Assembly: GCA_964563135.1 (NCBI GenBank)
Contig: CAZLWV010000002.1
Location: 15,469 to 79,468, forward strand
Origin: an uncultured Planctomycetaceae bacterium
GTDB taxonomy: Bacteria > Planctomycetota > Planctomycetia > Pirellulales > Thermoguttaceae
DNA: 64,000 nucleotides
Direction of reading: 5' to 3'
Below, one piece after another: positions 18,234 to 27,808 of this stretch (positions within the stretch are counted from its first letter, which is position 1; every line of letters begins with the position of its first letter). The notes under the pieces were generated by a model. The model ran no database searches. It was not told the origin of the DNA and saw only the letters and a program-made list of their open reading frames with translations. The position numbers were made by a program, and so were the translations under genes.

Positions 18234-18422
18234 TTACTTCGCAGCATCGCCAGCGGGGGCAGCGGGAGCGGCACCCTCGGCACCCTCGGCGGCGGCACCT
18301 TCGGGGGCGGCAGCGGGGGTGGAGGAACCACCGGCGGGCGCGTCGGCTTTCTTGGCGCAGCCGAGGGAGAATCCGCAAAGGGCGACGGTCAGCAGCATGA
18401 GGGCGAAGAACTTCTTCATCAC
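18234..18422 (-). CDS. Small lipoprotein with an Ala/Pro/Gly/Glu low-complexity tail
   Basis: MKKFFALMLLTVALCGFSLGC has a signal peptide plus lipobox (SLGC). GAAAGG lies upstream of the ATG. 62 aa. Confidence 0.55.
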   Translation of the reverse strand: MMKKFFALMLLTVALCGFSLGCAKKADAPAGGSSTPAAAPEGAAAEGAEGAAPAAPAGDAAK

Positions 18423-18699
18423 AATTGCCTTTCTCGAGAAACGGTTTCAGAAGTGCCGGCACCTTCGATTCCGGCCGGCTCTGTGGATAGTTGATCCGCG
18501 AGTGCGTCCAATTATTCCATGGAAATTCCGAAATAGTGGACGGACGGGGCTGAAACCCGCTCAAGCGGGGAGTGGGTGGCGAGCCGTGGTTCCCTAAGTT
18601 CACATTTTTCGCTAATTTGGTGGAAATCGTCAGGTTTTTCCCGGGTTGCCGGGAATATTGCCTGCGGCGGGAGTCTCTCACTTGGTGGGAAGCGTTGGC

Positions 18700-19242
18700 A
18701 TGGGCGGAGATCGGGCACAACCGGAAATCACGCAGCTCGTTCTGGATCACCATCGGGAGATCTATGCATATGCCTACCGGCTGTGCGGTTCGATCGCGGA
18801 TGCGGAAGACCTGAGCCAATCGGTCTTCCTGACGGCACACGAGAAACTGGAGCAATTGCGCAATTCGGGAAATGTGCGAGGGTGGCTATTCGCCATCCTG
18901 CGAAGCCATTTTCTCAAGCTTTGCCGAAAGAGGCGGCCGATTCCGGCGGCGGCCCTTGAGATGAATTTTGACGAACTTGTCGGTCGGGTGGATGCGCCGG
19001 TCGATTTCGACCGGGAGGCGCTCGAGGATGCGTTGGCCGGTCTGCCGGAAAACCATCGCATGGTGCTGGTGATGTTTTATTTCGAGCAGTGCAGCTATCA
19101 AGAGATTGCCGAGCAACTCGAGATGCCGATGGGCACGGTCATGAGTCGGCTGGCGCGAGCAAAGGCCCGGCTGCGGGCGGAGTTGACACGTCGGGAGCAG
19201 GGCCAGTCGACTCCTGTCAGTCCTCCGACGGGTAAAGGGTGA
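18700..19242 (+). CDS. ECF-type RNA polymerase sigma factor
   Basis: Region 2 (YAYAYRLCGSIADAEDLSQSVFL) and region 4 (MVLVMFYFEQCSYQEIAEQLEMPMGTVMSRLARAKARL). The ATG at 18700 is preceded by GGTGGGAAG (the track ORF starts at 18646). Confidence 0.85.
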   Translation: MGGDRAQPEITQLVLDHHREIYAYAYRLCGSIADAEDLSQSVFLTAHEKLEQLRNSGNVRGWLFAILRSHFLKLCRKRRPIPAAALEMNFDELVGRVDAPVDFDREALEDALAGLPENHRMVLVMFYFEQCSYQEIAEQLEMPMGTVMSRLARAKARLRAELTRREQGQSTPVSPPTGKG

Positions 19243-19246
19243 CGCC

Positions 19247-20038
19247 ATGGATGAACGTCGCATTTGGACTGAGGAACAAATGGAGACGCTGGAGGCGCTT
19301 CGATCGAAGGACGAGGCGGCGAGCCAACCAGGGTTTGCCTCGATGGCCGAGGCGTTGGCAAGAGACCCTGGGCTGGCGCAGCGGCTCGATGCGATCCTCG
19401 CATGGGACGCACGTCTGGTCGAGGCCATGAGGGATGTGCCTGTTCCGCCGGGGCTGGCCGAGCAGATTCTTCAGGGGCTGGAAGATGCGGGTGAGCGTCC
19501 GACGCGGACGGCGGGTGGGGTGGCTGGTCGTTCATGGCGGAGGCGGCGGTTTGCGTGGGCCGCGGTCGCGGCAGGGATTGGGGTGGCGGCGGTCGTGATT
19601 GCGGCCGTCATGCTGAACCGACTGCCCACGATGAGTCCGGAATGGCTTCGTTCCGTGGCCCGCGACCGATCTGTGGTCACTCGAGGAACCCCGCCAACCG
19701 GGGCGACGGCGGAGAGTCCTCCAGACCGTTTCCCTTACAGCACCGATCTGTTGTTCCCTGACGGCGTGCAGTGGCGCCGGGTGGCGGATTTTGACCGTGC
19801 TGAGGCGGTGGCCTACGACATCCCCATGCGGCCGGGGCAGAAAGCGACGCTGTATGTCGTTCGGTGCCGATCCGATGCCCCTCTTCCGACAAGGGTGCCG
19901 GGCACTCCACAAATGCGGACCCAGGGCCTTGCCGTTTCCGCGTGGCAGGGGGCAGGTGTTGTGTACGTGCTGGTTGTGGAGGGGGATGAGGCGGATTACG
20001 GCAGGATTCTCAAGTCGCGGGCACAAGGTCTGGCCTGA
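19247..20038 (+). CDS. Putative single-pass anti-sigma factor
   Basis: Starts 4 nt after the sigma factor gene. Cytoplasmic N-domain, one TM segment (FAWAAVAAGIGVAAVVIAAVML) and an extracytoplasmic C-domain. No HxxxCxxC zinc motif. Confidence 0.6.
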   Translation: MDERRIWTEEQMETLEALRSKDEAASQPGFASMAEALARDPGLAQRLDAILAWDARLVEAMRDVPVPPGLAEQILQGLEDAGERPTRTAGGVAGRSWRRRRFAWAAVAAGIGVAAVVIAAVMLNRLPTMSPEWLRSVARDRSVVTRGTPPTGATAESPPDRFPYSTDLLFPDGVQWRRVADFDRAEAVAYDIPMRPGQKATLYVVRCRSDAPLPTRVPGTPQMRTQGLAVSAWQGAGVVYVLVVEGDEADYGRILKSRAQGLA

Positions 20039-20245
20039 AGTCGAAGTTTCCTGTTTTGCCCGCTCTCGCCAGTTTTGCGGCTTCGCGGAACGCTTTGCCC
20101 ATTCGGAAGATTCTTTCTAATCCCGAAGTTGGATTCTAGCCGAATCCGGTTGTGAGCGAGTCAGCTCCCGCATCGCTTGTGTTGGTTGCGCGGAGCAGGA
20201 AATAACCGTGGGATACAGCAAGGGAATCGAGGGGAGAGTCTGCCC

Positions 20246-20674
20246 ATGAGATGGCTGCCAATCGCAGTAGCGCTGCTGGTCGTTCTGATGGCGATACCCG
20301 CCCAGGCGCAGGCGCCGGCGCCGGCGCAGAACAATAACGAGTCGACCATGCGTTTCAGTGGAGGTATCACTCCAGGCGAGGTCACGGCAACCCCGGAGAT
20401 GTGGTTCTATCAGGAACAGATGAACCGGCGGGACGATCCGAAGGAAGCCGTCCGGAGAAAGGCGGAATTCCGCACCTCGCAGCGGGAGGCGCGTCTGGCC
20501 TCGCGACGGTGGTTTGGGATATCGCTTATGCGTCCCACGACGAGCACCGCGATCATGGACGGCGAGGGTGCGGCGGTGTGGACGGGCAACGACCCGTGGT
20601 ATCCGTATCGCTGGTCGGGCCGCACGCCGGCCGTGGTGGTCAATCGCACGGACGCGTCGCGGACGACCTACTGA
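20246..20674 (+). CDS. Secreted hypothetical protein
   Basis: ATG at 20246 preceded by GAGGGGAGAG. Signal peptide MRWLPIAVALLVVLMAIPAQAQA. Followed by a strong terminator. I recognised no family. Confidence 0.6.
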   Translation: MRWLPIAVALLVVLMAIPAQAQAPAPAQNNNESTMRFSGGITPGEVTATPEMWFYQEQMNRRDDPKEAVRRKAEFRTSQREARLASRRWFGISLMRPTTSTAIMDGEGAAVWTGNDPWYPYRWSGRTPAVVVNRTDASRTTY

Positions 20675-20803
20675 ACGGGCGTTGCCGGAGGCTGGATCGG
20701 AGAATCGTGAATCGCTCTCGCGCAGGCGGGAGAGAACCCACCAATTGGTGGAGCCTCGCAGTCAGGATTCTGCCGGGGCCGGGACCTGGAAGAGAAGAGC
20801 AAC

Positions 20804-20856
20804 AACGGGCCGGTGTGCTTCCTTGATGGGAAGAGCCCCGGCCCGTTGCGTTTTTC
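20804..20856 (+). terminator. Rho-independent terminator
   Basis: 11-bp perfect stem CAACGGGCCGG (20804-20814) / CCGGCCCGTTG (20838-20848), followed by CGTTTTTC. Confidence 0.7.
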
Positions 20857-20979
20857 GGCCGGAGAGACTCCGGCCAGCCGCTTTGCATCCCGAGTGGGCG
20901 CGTGTTATGCTGGTCGCTGATCAAGGCGGGCTGCTCCCTCAAGAGGGGGCCGGCCGCCATCGCGAAGCAGGAGCCGTCT

Positions 20980-21957
20980 GTGACCGAGAAGTCCGCCAAG
21001 TCGAGAAAGTGGTTGTTTGCCGCAATCAAGTTGCTGATTGTGGGCATCGTGCTCTGGGCCGTGGGCGACACGCTTCTGAGCGGTGTGGTGAAACTCTGGC
21101 AGAACGGCTGGGAGATGCACTGGGGCTGGATTTTCCTGGCCGGAGTGATCTACGTGGTCGGGCTGCTGCCTGCCGGGCTGTTCTGGTGGCGGGTGTTGCG
21201 GGTGCTCGGCCAGCGGACGCGGTTCTGGGAAACCATGCGGGCCTACTACATTGGCCACCTGGGGAAGTACGTGCCGGGGAAGGCCATGGTAGTGGTGCTC
21301 CGTGCGGCACTTCTCAGAACGGGCGGCGCGCGGGCCTCGGTGGCGGCGGCGGCCGTGTTCTTCGAGACCCTGACGATGATGGCGGTGGGTGCTTTCTGGT
21401 CGGCGGCCATCCTGGCGGTCTGGTTCCGCGGACACTGGATGCTGTGTGCGGTGGCGATCGGCCTGATGCTGGCAGCGGGCGTTCCCACGATTCCGCCGCT
21501 GTTTCGACGCCTGGCCAGGATGGCTCGGGTTGCCAAATCGGACCTGGAAACGCAGAAGAAGCTGGACGATATCGGCTTCGGTACGCTGGCCACGGGCTGG
21601 GTGATGATGACCCTTTCCTGGGCGCTTCTGGCCATGAGCCTGTGGGCCACGCTCAAGGCGATGGGAATCGAGGGCACCAATCTGGTGATCGACTTCCCTC
21701 GCTACCTGGCGTCGGTTTCGCTGGCCATGGTGGCCGGATTTCTGTCGCTGATTCCCGGGGGGCTTTTTGTTCGCGACGGGATTCTGGCGGAGCTTATCGA
21801 GCCCTATTTCCAGCAGCTTGGCACACCGCTTCCCGCCAACGTGACGGCGGGATTGAGCGCCGTCCTGCTGCGGATCGTGTGGCTGGTGGGGGAACTGATT
21901 GTAGCGGTGGTTCTCTACTTTGGGTTTCGGCCGCGTGGGCCGATCGAGCCTGAATGA
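20980..21957 (+). CDS. Flippase-like (UPF0104 / lysylphosphatidylglycerol-synthase TM region) membrane protein
   Basis: Multi-pass membrane protein. YYIGHLGKYVPGKAMVVVLRAAL is typical of the family. The GTG at 20980 is preceded by AGGAG (the track ORF starts at 20902). Confidence 0.65.
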   Translation: MTEKSAKSRKWLFAAIKLLIVGIVLWAVGDTLLSGVVKLWQNGWEMHWGWIFLAGVIYVVGLLPAGLFWWRVLRVLGQRTRFWETMRAYYIGHLGKYVPGKAMVVVLRAALLRTGGARASVAAAAVFFETLTMMAVGAFWSAAILAVWFRGHWMLCAVAIGLMLAAGVPTIPPLFRRLARMARVAKSDLETQKKLDDIGFGTLATGWVMMTLSWALLAMSLWATLKAMGIEGTNLVIDFPRYLASVSLAMVAGFLSLIPGGLFVRDGILAELIEPYFQQLGTPLPANVTAGLSAVLLRIVWLVGELIVAVVLYFGFRPRGPIEPE

Positions 21958-22072
21958 GGTCGTGAAACGGCGTATCCTTGTAGTTGCTTTCCCTGTCTGA
22001 AATGGGGCGCTCACCCGGTGTCGTGAAAGGTCCAACCGCCAGGCTTTGCGTTCCTGGCCCAGGAGATGCGGC

Positions 22073-23038
22073 ATGTTATCGATCGTGATTCCCGTCTACA
22101 ACGAAGAGGAAAGCCTCGAGAAACTGCATGAGCAGATCGATGCGGTGGGAAAGGCAAACGATTACCAACTGGACATCGTGTTTGTCGACGACGGTTCGAG
22201 CGATGGTTCGTGGGGCGTGATCCGATCGCTTGCCGACAAGGATCCGCGGGTGCGGGCGATTCGGTTCCGCCGGAATTTCGGCAAGGCGGCGGCGCTCAAT
22301 GCGGGATTCACCCTGGCGAGAGGCGAGATGGTGATGACCCTGGACGCCGACCTGCAGGACGACCCGGCGGAAATCCCGGCGTTTCTGGAGAAGATGAACG
22401 AGGGATATGATGTGGTCAGCGGATGGAAGAAACGCCGCCATGATCCCTGGCACAAGGTGGGGCCGTCGCGAGTATTCAACTGGATGGTGAGCAAGCTGAC
22501 GGGCGTGGAACTTCACGACCACAATTGCGGCATGAAGTGCTACCGGCGGCAGATCTTCGACGAGGTGACGCTGTACGGCGAACTGCACCGGTTCGTGCCG
22601 GTCCTTGCTGCCGCGCGGGGCTACCGGGTGAGCGAAAGAGTGGTGCAGCACCGGGCGCGGGAGTTCGGGCGGTCGAAGTACGGCGTGACCCGGATCGTCA
22701 AGGGCTTCCTTGACCTGCTGACGGTGAAGTTTCTCACCGGGTTCGGCCAGCGCCCCCAACACATCCTGGGCACGATCGGGCTGCTGTCGTTCTTCCTGGG
22801 CGGGTTCGGCATGCTGTACCTGGCCGCGTACTGGGTCGTGGGGCAGATCTGGCCGGGGCTGGACCTTATGCCTCTCCACCAGCGGCCGGCGGTGATCTAC
22901 TCGGTGGGGCTGCTGCTGCTCGGGGCGCAGTTCATGACGGTCGGGTTCCTGGGGGAATTGGTGATCGCCTACAATCAGAGGAGCGAGCGAAACTACTCGA
23001 TTGCCGAGACGATCGAACCGGAGAAGAAGAACGACTGA
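22073..23038 (+). CDS. GT2 polyprenyl-phosphate glycosyltransferase (GtrB/ArnC/DPM1-like)
   Basis: LSIVIPVYNEE, VFVDDGSSDGS and TLDADLQDDP (DxD) motifs. Two C-terminal TM helices. Confidence 0.85.
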   Translation: MLSIVIPVYNEEESLEKLHEQIDAVGKANDYQLDIVFVDDGSSDGSWGVIRSLADKDPRVRAIRFRRNFGKAAALNAGFTLARGEMVMTLDADLQDDPAEIPAFLEKMNEGYDVVSGWKKRRHDPWHKVGPSRVFNWMVSKLTGVELHDHNCGMKCYRRQIFDEVTLYGELHRFVPVLAAARGYRVSERVVQHRAREFGRSKYGVTRIVKGFLDLLTVKFLTGFGQRPQHILGTIGLLSFFLGGFGMLYLAAYWVVGQIWPGLDLMPLHQRPAVIYSVGLLLLGAQFMTVGFLGELVIAYNQRSERNYSIAETIEPEKKND

Positions 23039-23069
23039 CGGAGGGGCATCCTGGGAGCGAGTGGAGCCG

Positions 23070-24653
23070 ATGAACGAGCAGCCGAGAGATGACCGCGAAA
23101 CATTGCGGAAGAGCGTGTATGCCCTGCTGATCGCGATGGGGGTTGGAGCCGTCCTGGGGCGGGTGCTTGCCGTAGACGACGTGTCGGGGGCGCGTCTGAC
23201 GCTCTATCTGCAGAGCGAGATCCAGCCGCGTCTCCGATCGAAAAGAGCGGACCTGGAAGCCAGGGGGCTGCCCTCGGAGCGGATCGACGCGGAGCTGGCC
23301 CGCACCCGGGGGACTTTGTTGCGGAGGGCGGGGATCCAGCGGCCGTTTCTGAGCGCCAACGACCGCAGCCGCTGGTGCACCCTGCGGGCCCTGGTGGAAC
23401 GCGACATGTGGGTAGCCGCCGAGGTACAGACGCCGCAGGGCGGGAAACGATACTGCTGGGTGCCCTACGCGATCAACAAAGTGCTTGCAGAACCGGGATG
23501 GGATACCATCGACATGGTGAAGCACTCGCTTCCCTCTCACGGTCCTTCCGGCGAGGCGTATCTGTACTCGAGCAAGCCACCGCTGCTTCCCACGCTGATG
23601 GCCATCCCCTACTGGGTGCTGCACAAGCTGACCGGGGCGACCTTGGGCAGCCATCCCTATGCGATGGGGCGTACGCTTCTGGTGATCTTCAACGTCATCC
23701 CGCTGCTGGTCTACTTCGTGCTGGTCGCCAGGCTGGTCGAACGTTTTGGAACGTCGGACTGGGGGCGGATCTTCGTGATGGCGGCGGCCGTGTTTGGGAC
23801 ATTCCTGACCACCTTTGCGGTGACCGCCAACAATCACCTGCCGGGGGCAGTCAGTGCCCTGGTGGCGCTCTACGCGGCGGTTCGCATCTGGTTCGACGGC
23901 GAGCGCCGGTTGCGCTACTTCGCGGTGGCCGGACTGATGGCCACGTTTGTGGTGGCCTGCGAGCTACCGGGGGCAGCCCTGACGGCGGCTCTCGGCGGGG
24001 CGCTGCTGTGGAAGGCGCCAAAACAGACGCTGTTGGCCGGAGTTCCGGCCGCGATTCTGGTGACGGCGGGGTTTTTCGGCACGAACTGGGCCGCCCACGA
24101 AACTCTCCGCCCGGCCTACACGCAAACGGATTGGTACGACTACGAGTATCAGCGGCATCCCGACGAGAACCCCGTGCCCTCCTATTGGCGAGACCGGAAA
24201 GGGGTGGACCAGGGCGAGCCGTCGGAGTGGATCTACGCGCTGCATGCCCTGGTCGGGCACCACGGGATCTTCTCGCTGACGCCGATCTGGATCCTGGCGG
24301 CCTTCGGGACGGGCATCTGGCTGATCTCGCCTGTTGACCCCCGGTTGCGGCAGATGGCGATCCTGGTCACCGCCGTGACGGTTGTGTGCCTGTACTTCTA
24401 TCTGTTCATGCAGCCCCAGGAGAACCGGAACTACGGCGGGATGACGGCCGGACTGAGGTGGGCCTTCTGGTTCGCCCCGCTGTGGCTGGTTTGCATGCTG
24501 CCGGCGGCGGATCGCTGCGCGGAGCGTCGATGGTCCCGCGGCCTGGCGCTCGTGCTGCTGGGCATGTCGGTCCTGTCGGTAACCTACCCCACCTGGAATC
24601 CCTGGAGCCATCCGTGGCTGTTCAATTTCATGGCCTACGTGACAGGGGGATAG
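23070..24653 (+). CDS. Large multi-pass membrane protein, candidate GT-C (ArnT/PMT-like) glycosyltransferase
   Basis: More than 10 predicted TM segments with an extracytoplasmic loop after TM1, and SKPPLLPTLMAIPYWVL. The functional call rests on architecture and context only. Confidence 0.5.
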   Translation: MNEQPRDDRETLRKSVYALLIAMGVGAVLGRVLAVDDVSGARLTLYLQSEIQPRLRSKRADLEARGLPSERIDAELARTRGTLLRRAGIQRPFLSANDRSRWCTLRALVERDMWVAAEVQTPQGGKRYCWVPYAINKVLAEPGWDTIDMVKHSLPSHGPSGEAYLYSSKPPLLPTLMAIPYWVLHKLTGATLGSHPYAMGRTLLVIFNVIPLLVYFVLVARLVERFGTSDWGRIFVMAAAVFGTFLTTFAVTANNHLPGAVSALVALYAAVRIWFDGERRLRYFAVAGLMATFVVACELPGAALTAALGGALLWKAPKQTLLAGVPAAILVTAGFFGTNWAAHETLRPAYTQTDWYDYEYQRHPDENPVPSYWRDRKGVDQGEPSEWIYALHALVGHHGIFSLTPIWILAAFGTGIWLISPVDPRLRQMAILVTAVTVVCLYFYLFMQPQENRNYGGMTAGLRWAFWFAPLWLVCMLPAADRCAERRWSRGLALVLLGMSVLSVTYPTWNPWSHPWLFNFMAYVTGG

Positions 24654-24737
24654 GAGATCACCGCAGGATGCCGAGTCTCCGCCGGGCGGCGACGGGCACG
24701 ATCGGTCATTTTGTCATGCTCTGAGAGGATTCTGTCC

Positions 24738-25919
24738 ATGGAGAAGAAGACAGTTCGCACCGGCATCGTGGGCTCCGGCTTTTCGTCGACGTTTCACTTC
24801 GAGGCGCTCCGGAAGGTCTACGGCACGAACATCGATGTCATTGGGGTGTTTACCAAAGATGCCGACGGTGGGAAGACGTATGCCGAGAATCGGGGCATCC
24901 GGGCCTTCGGCAGTCTCGATGCGCTCCTGGACGAGGTGGACGCCGTGCATGTCTGCGTTCCCCCGATGGCCCATGAGCGGACGACGGTTGCCGCTCTGGA
25001 GAGAGACAAGTTCGTGGTGTGCGAGAAACCACTGACTGGCTACTTCGGTGACGGCTCCGGCGATTTCCATTGGGACAAGGCCGACATGGAGGTGGTCCTG
25101 GAATCGGCCCTGGGCAGCGTCGGACGCATCCTGGATGCGGAGAAGAAGAGCAAGGGGCGGCTGCTGTATGCGGAGAACTGGGTCTACGCGCCCGCGGTGC
25201 AGAAGGAGCGGGAGATTCTCGAAAAAACGGGGGGGCAGATCCTCTGGATCCACGGCGAGGAGGCCCACAGCGGCTCCCACTCAGTGGACTACGCCTACAC
25301 AGCCCGCTGCGGCGGCGGGGTGCTCATCGGCAAGGGCTGCCACCCGCTGACCGCGGCTCTGTATCTGAAACGGGTCGAAGGGCATGTGCGCGACGGCCAA
25401 CCGATCCATCCCAAGAGGGTAACCGCCAGGACGCATGCGATCACCCGCACGCCCGGTTTCCGCGACGAGGGGCACATCCGCAAGGACTACTACGATATCG
25501 ACGACTTCGCCATGATCCACGTTGAGTTTGACGACGGGACGATTGCCACGCTGGTGAGCAGCGACATCGTTCTGGGAGGTATCCACAACTGGCTGGAGAT
25601 CTGCGCCAATAACCATCGCACCCTGTGCAACATCAACCCCAATACGGCGATGCAGACCTACAATCCGGTGGAAACCAACTTTCGCGACATCTATGTGGTT
25701 GAGAAGATCGGCACCAAGCAGGGCTGGGCCTGCACGTCGCCGGACGAGGACTGGTTCACCGGCTATCCCCAGGAAATGGAGGCCTTCTACCGCACGATTG
25801 CCTACGGCGAAAAGCCGGAGAGCGACAGCCACCTGGCCGCCGATGCCATATCCACGATCTACAGTGCCTACCTCTCGGCCCGCCGCAACGGCGCCGCCGT
25901 GGATGTTCGCGTGTATTGA
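24738..25919 (+). CDS. Gfo/Idh/MocA family NAD(P)-dependent oxidoreductase
   Basis: Rossmann N-terminus VRTGIVGSGFSSTFH and the family motif VVCEKPL. Confidence 0.85.
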   Translation: MEKKTVRTGIVGSGFSSTFHFEALRKVYGTNIDVIGVFTKDADGGKTYAENRGIRAFGSLDALLDEVDAVHVCVPPMAHERTTVAALERDKFVVCEKPLTGYFGDGSGDFHWDKADMEVVLESALGSVGRILDAEKKSKGRLLYAENWVYAPAVQKEREILEKTGGQILWIHGEEAHSGSHSVDYAYTARCGGGVLIGKGCHPLTAALYLKRVEGHVRDGQPIHPKRVTARTHAITRTPGFRDEGHIRKDYYDIDDFAMIHVEFDDGTIATLVSSDIVLGGIHNWLEICANNHRTLCNINPNTAMQTYNPVETNFRDIYVVEKIGTKQGWACTSPDEDWFTGYPQEMEAFYRTIAYGEKPESDSHLAADAISTIYSAYLSARRNGAAVDVRVY

Positions 25920-26011
25920 GAAAGAAGCAGGCAGATCGTGACGTTTCCGTTCGGAGGGCTCACGATTTCTCGTGTTTCGACTCCAGAATGGCCCGTGGGA
26001 AGGAAGAGAAT

Positions 26012-27268
26012 ATGAAGTCTTCGTGTTGCCTTGCCATTGCTGCATTCCTTCTTTGGGCACTCACGGCGTATTCTGCGGAACCGGCTGTCGGCGCCGAGCC
26101 CGTGCTGGGGATTGCCGGGGTGGGTGAGCCTTTGAGCCTGCAGATTGCGGTGCCCGAGGGCCAGGCTTTGGCCTGCGGCGGGCAACTCGCCCTGGTGGAG
26201 GCCGGGTATCCCGATTACCGGCCGATGGCCCAGGCCGTGCCCCTGGCGGCCGCGGAAGGACTTCCGGCCGAGGGCAAGACGGCCATCGTGGCCACGATTG
26301 TCCCGGGAGAACGGGTCGGCAGGGACCGGCGTTTCAAACTCACGGCGGCGGAGAAGCCCACGGCGGCCGCGGCGGAGATGAGACTGGTCGAACTGAACGA
26401 CAAGTCCGTGCAGGTCAACGACGGCGAGGCCCCGGTCCTGGTCTACAACTTTGGTGTGATTACCCGGGAAGATCTCCCCGAGAGCGAGCACCGCCGCAGC
26501 CGGGCCTGCTACATCCACCCGGTTTACGGTCTCGATGGCGAGGTCCTGACCGACGACTTTCCCCGCGACCACTACCATCACCACGGCATCTTCTGGACAT
26601 GGCCCCACGTGAGCGTCGACGGTGTGGAGCACGACCTCTGGGCGGGTGCGACGATCCGTCAGCAGTTCGCCGGATGGCTCGCCCGCCAGTCGGGCCCGGT
26701 CGCCGCGGTGCTCGGTGTGGAGAACGGCTGGTTCGCAGGAGACAAGAAGGTGATGATCGAGCGGGTCTGGCTCCGGGTCTATCATGCGGCCGAAGGGGCC
26801 CGGGCCGTCGACATCGACCTGGTGCTGACCGCCACCGACAAACCGGTGACGCTGCTGGGCGCCGAAGGGAAGAGCTATGGCGGCCTGACGGTGCGTTTCT
26901 GCCCGCCGGTTCCGCGCGATCCGGCCACGGTGATCACCGTGGCCAGCGGCCCCGTTGCGGGCGACCTGACGACGACAATCCTCCGCTGGGCCGACTTTAC
27001 GGCCAGGTTCGACGGCCGCGACGCTGCCAGCGGCGCGGCGATTTTCATCGCCCCGGATCACCCCGATTACCCTCCCGAGTGGCTCCTGCGCTACTATGGC
27101 CCGCTCTGCGTAGGCTGGCCCGGTGTGTCGCCCCGGACACTCCAGCCAGGCAAGCCGGTGCGGATGAGCTACCGGTTCTGGATTCACAAAGAAGCAGTCG
27201 GGACGGCCGAGTTGAACCGGGCCTATTCGGCGTATCTGGCGGGGTTGAATGCACGATGGTTGGAGTAG
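26012..27268 (+). CDS. Secreted protein resembling the PmoA-like / DUF6807 family
   Basis: ATG at 26012 preceded by GGAAGGAAGAG. Signal peptide MKSSCCLAIAAFLLWALTAYSA. His-rich core DHYHHHGIFWTWPHVSVDGVEHDLW. This family commonly sits beside Gfo/Idh/MocA genes. The family name is from memory and was not searched. Confidence 0.55.
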   Translation: MKSSCCLAIAAFLLWALTAYSAEPAVGAEPVLGIAGVGEPLSLQIAVPEGQALACGGQLALVEAGYPDYRPMAQAVPLAAAEGLPAEGKTAIVATIVPGERVGRDRRFKLTAAEKPTAAAAEMRLVELNDKSVQVNDGEAPVLVYNFGVITREDLPESEHRRSRACYIHPVYGLDGEVLTDDFPRDHYHHHGIFWTWPHVSVDGVEHDLWAGATIRQQFAGWLARQSGPVAAVLGVENGWFAGDKKVMIERVWLRVYHAAEGARAVDIDLVLTATDKPVTLLGAEGKSYGGLTVRFCPPVPRDPATVITVASGPVAGDLTTTILRWADFTARFDGRDAASGAAIFIAPDHPDYPPEWLLRYYGPLCVGWPGVSPRTLQPGKPVRMSYRFWIHKEAVGTAELNRAYSAYLAGLNARWLE

Positions 27269-27370
27269 GGTATGGCGGGCCGTGAGTACGGAGCGCCGGT
27301 GCCTGCTTCCGTCCCGATCCGCCTATGAGATTCCGCCGCGTTTGTCCACTTGGCGTAAGGAAGACACCGA

Positions 27371-27616
27371 ATGAACTCGGACACAAGAGGTTTTCGCTGG
27401 GGGATCTGGGCGGTCGTGTTCTTTGTGCTGGCTGTCTCGGTGCCAGGGTGGTATATCCAGATGCGGTTGATCGAGAAGCTCGGCCGGCTGGAAAGGCGGG
27501 TGACGGAACTGGAGTCGCGCTATGAAGTCGGCGGGCAAGGACCGGATTCTGCCGTACCGGTCGAGGAGACTGGCGCCGAGTCGCAGGCTCCGAAGGGCGT
27601 CGAGAACGGCCGGTGA
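27371..27616 (+). CDS. Small membrane-anchored coiled-coil protein (hypothetical)
   Basis: 81 aa. One TM segment (WGIWAVVFFVLAVSVPGWY), then LIEKLGRLERRVTELESRY. Confidence 0.4.
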   Translation: MNSDTRGFRWGIWAVVFFVLAVSVPGWYIQMRLIEKLGRLERRVTELESRYEVGGQGPDSAVPVEETGAESQAPKGVENGR

Positions 27617-27808
27617 CTGGTTGACGGGTTGCGGGAAGAAAGAAGGGCTGCCAAGGCGGCCCCCTCTCCCCCGAATTCTCTCGACGATACTACTTGGGGG
27701 GCCGGCCCCAGGGTTGCGGGGCAGCTGCTGGAACCGACCCGGAGGATTCTGCCGCTGCCAGTATTGCCTGCCCGTGGGAGGCCTTCTTGGCGGTTTTGGG
27801 ACAGACCG

